A stretch of DNA of 64,000 bases from a virus. The stretch spans positions 1 through 64,000 of IMG/VR virus record IMGVR_UViG_3300042197_000731; one strand, 5' to 3'. The translations under genes were made by a program, and so were the position numbers. This document shows positions 28,179-40,100 of the stretch, piece after piece. Numbering within the stretch: the first letter of the stretch is position 1; each line of letters opens with the position of its first letter. A model generated the notes under the pieces. That model did not search any database. It saw only the letters and a list, made by a program, of their open reading frames with translations, and was not told the DNA's origin.

Positions 28179-31100
28179 ATGGCAGTAACTAAAACAACAG
28201 ATTTTTTACCTAGCGTATTTCAAACGGACGCAAATAAAAAGTTTCTTGGCGCAACACTTGATCAGTTATTAACTGAATCTAATTTGTCGCCAATTAACGG
28301 TTATGTTGGTAGAAAATTTGCTCCAGGTTATTCTGGCATAGACACCTATGTACGAGAAAATACTGCCTTCCGTGCAGATTATCAATTAGAACCTACAGTT
28401 GTCTATAAGAACACTGATAACTCTGAAGTAGAATTTGCCAAAACATACCCAGAAACACTACAAAAAATAGCATATTTTGGCGGTAACGTAACAAATCAAA
28501 ATAATCTATGGCAAAGTGATTATTATAGTTACAATCCTAGATTTAATGCCGATGCTTTTATCAACTTTAGTCAGTATTACTGGGTTCCCAATGGACCAGA
28601 TGCTGTAAACGTTTTTGCTGGTGGTATTGATCTTGAAAAGAAATTTTACATTTATCCAGATAATAATGTAAAAACATACAATGTAAGTGGATACGGCTTA
28701 ACACCTAGTCCTGATATAGTATTGGGCAGAAAAGGATCTTATGAATTTGTTATAAACCAACCAGGTAAACCTTTCTGGATACAAACAGAACCTGGCTTGA
28801 GTGGAAAAAACTCTAACACCAATCTAAACACCAGACAAATTTTGGGTGTCACAAATAATGGTATTGATGTAGGAACTATTACATTTGAAGTACCTACGAC
28901 TACGGCACAAGATTTCTATATTACAATGCCATTACTTCAAACTGTTGATTTGGTATCTACTGTAAGTTACGCCGATTTACAGGGTAAGTTACTATCTGAA
29001 ATAAAAGCCAATTATGGTGGAATAGATGGTCAAATATCAAACTTAGCAGGCAAATATTTAATATTTGGAACGTATTCAACAAATACTGCTGATTGGACCA
29101 GTAGTAGTACAGTAGTGCCAATCTCTCAACGTTATGGTATATGGCAGATACTATTAATACCCAGTGGCATTGATTTCATAATTAATTTAGTGGCATATGT
29201 GCCAATTCCAGTCAATAATAAAGTTATTGTACTTTCTGGTATTAATTACGGTAATACTGAATGGTTTTATAATGTTGATAATCGTTTAGAACAGATACCA
29301 GTAATTACTGCAACTCTTGATACCTTATATTATCAAGATGGCATAGATGTAGAGCAATACGGAATTATAAGATTAGTAGAACCAACTAATAACTACATTG
29401 ATATTGATTCTGAAATTTTAGGTAAAACTAACTATGTAAGTCCAAATGGTGTAACTTTTACTAATGGATTAAAAATAATTTTTGATTCTGCTGTTACCCC
29501 AGATTCCTATAAAAATAAAGAGTATTATGTTGAGGGTGTTGGTTCCGCTATAAAGTTGATCAGTGTTGATGATTTAGTCATTAACGCACCAGTATCAAAA
29601 AATAATTATAGACCACAGCAAAATTTTGTATTATATGCTAATGCTAGTTTAAATCAGGCAGCGGATCAACTTACTGTTTCTACCACGAATTTTCCAGATG
29701 GAGTAACTGTATTAACTGGAAATTTTCCAAATGCTAATAATCTAACACCAATAGCACAACAGGACATAAAATTTAAATATCCATATCGTGCGGGAATTAA
29801 CGAAGCTGGTGAACATCAAAGTATAAGATTTTCTGGCGAAACTATAGGCATTACACTGCCTGGAATATTGATTAATGGTGTTTCTAACGGAGTAACAGTC
29901 AGAGGCTCGAATGAAACGGTGTGGCATTATGATGTAAATCAAACACTAATAAATGGCCAAGATCAGTATGGCGGTCAAACCATAGGTGATGGAAAATATG
30001 TATATACAAATGGTAATTTTGTATCCGCTAACGCATGGGGTAACGTATCTGGCTTTTCTTCAGGGTATGTTGATTCGGCAACTGGACATAGTAAAATAAT
30101 AGGTTTCAGTGCTGATGGATATCCAATTTATGGTCCGTTTGGATTTTTGAATCCAGATGTTGAAAGTACAGACACCAGTACGGTGAGAATGAGAAGTTCT
30201 TACAGTTATGGCGATATCACAACGTCAACAAGACCTCAGCCAAGAACAGTAACAATAACATCAAATGTAATTTCTAATAATTATATTACGGTAGATAGTT
30301 CTTTTGGTATAAATCCAGGAATGAGAGTTACACTTAACACAGCAAGTATAACTTCAGGCAGTGTATGGGTTATTGACAATTCATTAAAAACCACAGAAGG
30401 ATTGCCGGAATATATAGGACCAATAAATCAAATAAAATTAAGCTCTAATGTTACAGTCTCGGCTGGACAAACAATAACTTTTGAATTTTTACCAGGAGCA
30501 TTTATTGAAGATTATGTGTATGAGCCGAATTCTGGTACTCTTGATCAGTATAATGGTAGATATGGTAGAACTCCAGACTTTCCAAATGGAACATACGCTT
30601 ATTTTATAACAGATTCTTTTGGTGGTGAAATAGCATATCCATATATAATTGGCCCACAGTTTTATGGTGACACCACGCTAGATACTAATAGCAGTTTGGA
30701 TACACCTGACTACATTATAATTAATAGAGCAAGTCAAGATCTTAATCCTTGGACTAGACGTAATCGTTGGTTTCATCAAAACATACTTGAATTAACTAGC
30801 ACATATAATGGAACTCCATTAACACTAGATTCAAACTATCGTGCTAAACGTCCAATTATAGAATTTGATCCTGATATACAGTTGTTGAATTTTGGCAAAA
30901 TAGCAAAAAGACCAGTTGATTTATTTGATACAACCACAACTGATCCATTTTTGTCTATAGAAGGCAGTCAAGGTTTCTATGTTGATGGTACAAACCTAGT
31001 AGAGGGAATGCGAGTTATATTCAGTTTAGATCAAGATCCATTAACTAGAAATAAAATATGGGTTGTTAATTTCATAGATCAAGACGCAAGTAGTTTAACT

Positions 31101-34100
31101 CCACAAATAATACATTTGGTTGAAGCAGACGATAGCGACGTTCTTGATTATGACGTTGTATCTGCGTTTAATGGTCAACTTAATTCTGGCAAAAGTTTTT
31201 GGTTGTTAAACAATATATGGCGAGAAGGGCAAAATAAAACAGACATTAATCAAACACCATATTTTGATGTGTTTGATGACGTTGAAGTTAGTTTTTCAGA
31301 TCTAACAAAATATCCATCAGTTAAAACATCAACCAAATTCATAGGAACAAAACTTTTTGGATATAGATTAGGTACGGGATCTGTTGATTCAGTATTAGGA
31401 TTTCCACTTTCTTATAAAAATTTAAATAATATTGGTGATATACAATTTACTAATTATTTTGACGTTGATACATTTCAGTATTCATTAAATAATGCTGTCG
31501 TATCTAAGAAAGTAAATTCAGGGTTCTTACATAAAAATAATTCAGACGGAACGTTTGAAAAATTAAATGTATGGACTAATACAAATACACCAACTAGGCA
31601 AATGCAAGACTTAGCCTTTGTTTATGACGGTGTAGATAATTCATTTAGATTAGATATTAAGCCTGAATCAGCATCGGTTAAACCTAATTTCTTGGTATAT
31701 ATAAACTATAAAAAGTTAGATATAGACAAATTTCAGTTATACAATATTCCAAATGATTCTCTATTGCTTACTATTAACAAAACTGAAATCAATAAAAATG
31801 ATAGAGTAGATGTATTAATATACAACGAAAATAAAACTAGTAATATAGGTTTTTATCAGATACCGGATAATCTAAATTATAACCCACAAAATAGTGTATT
31901 AGATAATCCAACATTAGGTGAAATGAGAAATCATATAGGAACTGTTGCTGAAAATAATTTATTTTTCTCAGGCAGTTATCCAGGCAGAAGTAATCTTCGT
32001 GATTTACAAATAGAAAATCAATCCGGTATAATGTTACAACATAGTGCTCCTGTAACATTTGCTAATATGTTTCTCAATAGTGATAAATTCAATGCGATAA
32101 ATGGCATTCAATATGCTCAAAGTGAATATAATAAATTCAAAAGTAAATTTTTAAATCTGGCTGGATTAATACCTATAACTGAGGCTGGAAACGTAGAAAG
32201 TGCCGTAAACTATATTCTAAAAAATATAAATCAAGTTAAAAATTCTACGTTTCCATGGTTTTATAGTGATATGGTAGCATATCAAGGAACAAGAAATGTA
32301 ATTAATTATAACATTTTTAATCCACTACAAAGATCATATGAAATAACAAATATTTTTACACTAACAGAAATAACAAATAAATCAATTCTGATTTATCTGA
32401 ATAAAGTACAATTAGTATATGGTAGAGATTATCTATTTTTGGCAGATTCAACTGGTGTACAGATAACTGATAGCGTAACATTGCAGATAGGTGATAAATT
32501 AACCATTATTGAATATGATAGCACTGATGGTTCTTATATACCAGAAACACCTACAAAATTAGGTCTATATCCTAAGTTTATACCAGAAATTTATGTTGAT
32601 CGTACATATACAACACCGCAGACTTTACTACGTGGTCACGACGGTAGTGTAATGCCAATATTTGGTGATCTACGTGATAATCTATTGCTGGAACTAGAAA
32701 AGAGAATATACAATAATCTGAAGGTAGAATACAGCGACAAGTTAGTTAATATATTTGAAACTATACCAGGTAAGTTTAGAAATACAGGATACAGATTAAC
32801 AGAATTTAATGCCGCCCTAGCAGCATCATATCTCCGCTGGACTTCTCAAAATAACCTGGACTATGTAAACAACGATACATTCCAGAATGATAACGCATTC
32901 TCGTATAATTATGCCCTGGCATACGATAAAATCAATAATGAATTGTTACCCGGTTCATGGAGAGCGTGTTATCAGTATTTTTATGATTGTCAAGATCCTA
33001 ATGTAAGTCCATGGAAAATGTTAGGTTTTACTATCAAGCCTGATTGGTGGGAAGAGGTTTATGGCCCAGCGCCGTACACTTCTGGAAACAGTATTCTTTG
33101 GACTGATTTAGAGAATGGATATATTGCTCGTGGTGATCGTGCTGGCTTTGATCCACTGTTTAAGCGTCCTGGTCTATCAGCAATAATCCCAGTTAACGAG
33201 AACGGTAAACTTATTCCGCCACTGCCGCTGTTAACTAACAAATTTGATGCTAACACATTCAATCGCTCCTGGAATATAGGTCAATTTAGCCCAACTGAAA
33301 CCGCATGGAGAAACAGTAGTGATTATCCATTTGCTCTACAGATAATAATGGCTATATTTAAACCGGCAAAGTATTTTGCTTACGGTATTAATACAAACAA
33401 ATATAGATACAATGTAGAATTGGATCAGTATTTAATTGCTGGAACCAACAATAGAATAACGCAAGATGATATTGATATTAATGGTTACGTAGAAAATGGC
33501 ATTGTTGTTCGCGCAACTGGTTATTTAAACTATATTACTGATTACTTGACTGGTTTAGGTATTTTAGATAAATCTGGATTATATAATTTTATCAGAGATT
33601 ATAGCGTTCAATTGAGTTATAGATTAGCGGGCTATAGCGATAAGAGTTTCTTAAAAATATTAGCAGAACAATATAGTCCTACCAGCACCAATGATAGTAT
33701 TCTAATACCAGATGGTGATTATGATTTAGTTATTAACAAATCTACACCAATATTAAATGTTAGATATAGCGGTGTTATAATTGAAAAAGTTGCTGCTGGA
33801 TTCAAAATATCTGGTTACGATAAAAATAGACCATATTTTAGTGTAATACCTCCAGATAGTAATGGCAAGTACATCACTATAAAAATACTAGATGCTACTT
33901 TAAACTATTACACTGAGTATACAAATATAAAAATTAATATACCATATGATACTGTTTTTACAAATACACAGCAGGTATCTAATTTCCTATCTGGCTATGG
34001 TAGATATTTACAATTACAGGGATTGTTATTTAACGATTATGATGGTAGTTTAAAACAAATAAAAAATTGGGAGTTAAGTACTAGAGAATTTTTAACATGG

Positions 34101-37100
34101 GTACAACAAGGTTGGAAAGTTAATAATTTGATAGCATTAAGTCCAGTAGGCAATGCCATTAAGTTTTTTAATCCATCCGCTATAGCAGATAAAATCCAAA
34201 ACTCTGTTTTCGGCAGCAAAGTTGTAAACAAAGATGGAAAAATTCTTAATTCTGATAGATATTCAGTTCTGCGTGACGGTAATAATTTTGAATTACGTAT
34301 TTTAAATCAAAAAGATTTGATAGGCTATCTTGAAATAGACTTAGTACAGAATGAACATAGTTTGATATTCAATAATAATACTGTTTTCAACGATGTGATT
34401 TATAACCCTATAATGGGTCAAAGACAGTACAGGTTAAAAGTTGTTGGAAAACGAACCGCTGAGTGGAATGGTTCAGTATATGCGCCAGGCTTTGTTTATA
34501 ATTCAAATATAGTTCAGCAGTGGTTACCTGGTGTTGATTACATGAAGGGCGATTTAGTTGATTTCAAAGGTTTCTATTACAGTTCCATACAGAATTTACC
34601 AGCAACATCTGAATTCAAGTTTAGTGATTGGTCACCCGTAGATAAGAACAAAATAAAAACTGGTCTATTAAGTAATTTCGCAAGAAATGCCGAAATAATA
34701 GAAACATTTTATGATGTGAATCAAGTTAATTTAGAAAGTGATTTTGATCTATATGCTCTATCATTAATAGGTTATAAAAATAGAGATTACTTAAACAACA
34801 TAGGCCTTGATGATGTTTCTCAAGTTAAATTCTATCAGGGATTTATCAAAGAGAAAGGAACAATTAATTCTATAAATGCTCTTGCGAATGTTGTTGTAAA
34901 TCAGCAACAATCCCAGGTTTCAATGTATGAAGATTGGGCATTTAGGGTTGGCACTTATGGTAGCACTGATATTAATAGATATGTTGAATTAGTATTAGAT
35001 GAGCGTTATGTTGTAAGTAATCCAGCAAGTCTTGAAGTTCTATCAAATAATCGTATATCATATGAATCTCAATTTGTTTCCGATGGTCTATACAAAACCT
35101 CAACTACAAATTGGACGTCTCCGTTTTTACTAACACGTAATAGTGATAGTGATTACGATACCGATATCAAAACAGCAGGCTTCGTAAGCATTGAAGATGT
35201 AGATTACACTGTGTTTGATATAAATGATATTAGAACACTAAACAACAATATAGAAAATATTGGCACTAATAGTATAATATGGGTAGCAAAAGATTTCAAT
35301 TTAGATTGGAATGTATATACACTTGAAGATATTAAGTGTGTAGTAACAAAAATATCAAACTCATTGAACAGTCGTGTTACTGTAACAACGGATAATTTTC
35401 ATAGATTGACAGTTAATGACGTGGTGATGTTATTCGGTGTAGATCAGTTTAATGGTTTTTACCGTGTGTTGACTGTAAGTTCATTGAATACCTTTGTTGT
35501 AGAATATGTAGGTAGATTGAGTGGATTTAACAATCAAATATACACCGGTGGTATATACAAATTAAAGAGCTTGAAAGTTGATACACCTAGTGATATTGTA
35601 ACGCTGAAAAATTCCACACAATGGAAGAACAATAATAAAGTTTGGGTAGAAAACACCACTACGACAAATATGTGGGAAGTCTACAATAAATCTGAACCAT
35701 GGGAATATACGAAAAATATTCGCATAGGTAGTATTACAGCGAACAGTAGATTTGGTAGTTCTGTTTCAGTAACAGCAGATAATAATTTTGCCGTAGTAGG
35801 TCAACCTACATCTAATAATGGTGAAGGATCTTTTACAAACTTTGTATTGAATTTTAACAACGATTTAGTAGAAGATGTAACATTAAGTTCTTTAGTAAAA
35901 AATTCTGTGGGTTTTGGATCAACTTTAGTAACAACAAACAATTATGTAGCAGTTGGGGCTCCAGAAAGTTATGGAAATATAGGTTATGTGTACATATATA
36001 AGAGAAATCTTGGAGGTGGTACTCTTACCGATACTCAAATATTGACGGCAAATGTAGTCTCATCCGCGCTATTTGGAAGTAGCATTGCGATGAGTTCAGA
36101 TAGTAGATGGCTATATGTTGGCGCACCTGATGTTGGTAATGTTTATGTATATGCGCTAAACACTACTATAGATTCTTTTGCGAATGTAGTTATTGCTGAT
36201 GGCATAGTAGATACATACACTCTGAATTTTACACCAGTAAGTGAAGAAAATATATTTGTTCGTTTTGTTTCTAACTCTGAAATATTAATGCCACATCAAG
36301 ATTACACATTAGTTGGAGATCAAATAACATTTACTTCTATGCCAGCGGCTGGAAACATAGTAGTTCAACAAATACCAGGTTATAAATTATTTGATGTCAT
36401 ACAAGGAAATGTAGAAGGAAAATTTGGTTACAGTGTAACCTGTACCACAGATGGCGAACAAATATTAATCTCATCACCATATGCTAATGTCACGTTAAAT
36501 TCAAATACATACACAACATCTGGTAATATATCAATATATAATAGATCAATTGATTCTTATATTTCTCAAAGTGATACGGTATTGTTTACTTCAACTGGAA
36601 TTGTTGATGAATATACAAGAGTATACATTGAAACTGTAGAACAAATTAGGGGAGTAGATTGGTTTAAATTTGGTCCTAATGGTGTACAATTCTTAGTACC
36701 GCCTGGAAAAGGTAAAATAGTAAGAATAGAATCAAATCAGATTCAAAAATTACAGGATCTTACACCTATATTGCCATATGAAGATCAGTTATTTGGTTAT
36801 AGTGTAGATATCTGTAGATACAATTGTAGTGTTTTTGCTGGTGCGCCATTCCAAAGCGTAACCAATACTTATAGTGGAGCAGTGTATAGATATCTAAATC
36901 AAGGTAGAGTTTATGGTGAAATAACAGGAACAGTTTTGAATCCTGTGGTAAATTCCGGAGATCAGTTAAGAATAAATAATTTCTTAGTAACTTTCTCTGA
37001 CACATCATTAAACACTGTGGTATCTACTATCAACAGTGCTAATATACCTGGAGTACGAGCCTATAATGTAAACAACTATCTAAGAATTGTTAGTGATTCT

Positions 37101-40100
37101 GCTGTAAATTCTGATAAACTTAGAATATTGCCAGGTCAAGGATCGGCAATTGCTGATCTTGGATTAGAAGTATTTAAACAAGTAGAAATAATTAATAATG
37201 CTTATGAAAAAGCGTATGATTATTTTGGAAAAATAGTTAAAGTAAATAACACAAGTGACAGTTTAATCGTCGGCAGTGATATTGCTGCTACGCTTGAAAA
37301 AACTATTTTTGATAGTGATACTACAACGTTTGATTCACTATCTACCACCTTTGTTGAGGCAATAGATAATAGCGGTGCCGTTTGGATTTATGGGTATCTT
37401 CCAAGTAACATAGATAATATTAACAATCCAGGTAATTTCTTATATATTCAACAGTTAAATTCTGTACTAGTTGGGTCATCATTAAGAACAAATGATGGAT
37501 TTGGTAGTAGTATAGCAATAAATGATTTTGAATTATACGTTGGTGCTAAAAATAATAAATCGTTGAATAATAATGCTGGAGCAGTCTATCGATTTGTAAA
37601 TGAAGACAACTTAATTGGCTGGGACTCATATAGAACGGAAGCAGCTAAAGTTGACATTGATGGTATTATAAACTGCTATACCTATAACACAGAAACTCAG
37701 AATGTTTTAGATTATCTGGACTTTATTGATCCAGTGAAGGGAAAAATTTTAGGTGTAGCAGAACAAAATATATCTTACAAGATTGATTATGATCCTGCTG
37801 TGTACAATGTCACTACAATACCAGAAGTAGCAAATGATAGTGATCTTTGCTGGGGTAGAAATAATGTAGGCAAAGTATGGTGGGATTTGAGTACTGTACG
37901 CTATGTAGAATACGAACAAGGTACTACCAGTTACAGAACAGCAAACTGGGGTAGAGTTTTCCCAGGAAGTTCTATAGACGTATACGAATGGGTTCAGAGT
38001 GACTATCCGCCAAGTCAATACGTTTCATCTGGTGGAGATGGAATTCCAAAGTATGGAAACAATCAAGCATATGTAACTGAAAGTTATATTGATCCTAATA
38101 CTAATTTTGCTGTAGTAAAGTATTACTATTGGGTTAAAGATAGATCAACTGTTAACTTAAATTATGCTAACAGAACCATGCCCACTGTATCTATAGCAAA
38201 TTACATAAGAGATCCAAAATCAAGTGGAATTAAGTACTTTGCTGCTGTAAGTCCATCCGCTATAGCAGTTTATAACGTTATAAATGATGTTATTGCTAGA
38301 CAAATAGTATTACATTTGAACTATAAAAAGATAGTCAACAGTAATGTCATTCATAATGAATACGCTCTGCTTTCAGAAGGTGGCAGTAAATCTAGAGAAA
38401 TACCAAACAACATATTTTCTAAGTTTGTAGATAGTTTGAGTGGTGTTGATCTTTTTGGAAATCAAGTGCCAGATCCTGTGTTGCCTGTACAAGATAGATA
38501 TGGCATAGATATTCGTCCTAGACAAACAATGGTTGTTGATCGTACTCAGGCATTAAAAGAAGTTATTTTATACGTAAATGATGTTCTTTCAAAATTTGTT
38601 GTTTCCAGAGGGTTTAATCTAGAAACTCTATTAGGTGGAGAACCAATACCAGTTGATGATTCTGAGACATACAATTTAATTGTAAACAACTTAGAAGAAT
38701 TGTCTTTTATTAACATTGAAATACTACCTGTAGGATACAAAATTTTAGTTAGAAATGATTCAACTGTTAATAATTTATGGACTATATATGTTAAAGATGC
38801 TGAAGTAGTTTTGTGGCAACCTAATACTACTTACAATCGCGGTCAATATATCACACGCAATGATGTAGTTTTTATAGTTACTAGCACTTTTACTAGTGGT
38901 AGTGAATTTAATTACGATAACGTAAATATATATGTAGCAACAAATACTTGGCAACTAATTAGAGTTCAAAGTTTCAGTGTTCCTGAATACTGGCAGTTTA
39001 AAGACTGGTATGCACCTGGATACAACAATACATTAACACCTAATTATATTATTGAAAACAATAGTCAGATAACTAACTTAACATTAAGATCTGGTGATAT
39101 TGTTGAAATTTTAAATAACGGACAAGGAAAATGGTATATTATACAGGTATTTCCAAATACGGTGAATACTATTGCTATACAAGATGGCACGATAGAATTC
39201 AGTGATAGTTTATATAATTTATCAGCGTATGGAATGGGATTTGATAATGATAACTTTGATAGTTTAAGATATGATCAAAATCCAAGTATAGAGATTAGAC
39301 AAATTATCAATTCATTGAAAAATGATATATTTATAAATGAATTAGACAATGAATTCTTAAAATTATACTTTGTTTTCATAAATTATATTCTCACTGAGCA
39401 AAAAAGTGTTGACTGGTTATTCAAAACAAGTTTTATTGATGTGCTTCAAAAATTCAGTGGATCAATTAAACCTCAAATATACTACAAAGAAAATCAAGAT
39501 TTTTACTTACAGTATATTCAAGAAGTTAAGCCATATAAAACTACTCTACGTGATTACATAGTTGGATACGATTATGTGGATAATTACACGGGATATGTAA
39601 CTGATTTTGATGTTCCTCCATATTATGATGAAGTATTAAAATTATCTCGCAGTCCAAGCGGTGAATTTTTAAATGATGCGATTGCTCTTCGTAGACCGGA
39701 ATATGTAGATTGGTTAACTAACTATAGTTATAGTATTGGTTCAGTTTCAATTCTTTCTGGTGGATCAGGATATACATTACCGCCAGTTGTTACTATCACA
39801 GGCAGTACTACTGGAAATAATGCTATAGTTAGAGTATTAGTTACTGGTGGTGTAGTTACCAGAGCAGTACTACTTTATGGTGGTACTAATTACATCACAG
39901 ATCCTATAATAACAATAACGGGTGGTAATGGATCTGGTCTAAAATTAAAAGTAACATTAACAAACAATTTGATCAGAAGTTTTGATACAACCATTGTATA
40001 TGATCGTATAACTTACGGCACTACCGTATTGGAATGGCAACCAAATACGGATTTTTTACAAGGATCTGTAGTAGCACACAATGGAATTGCTTATGTTGTA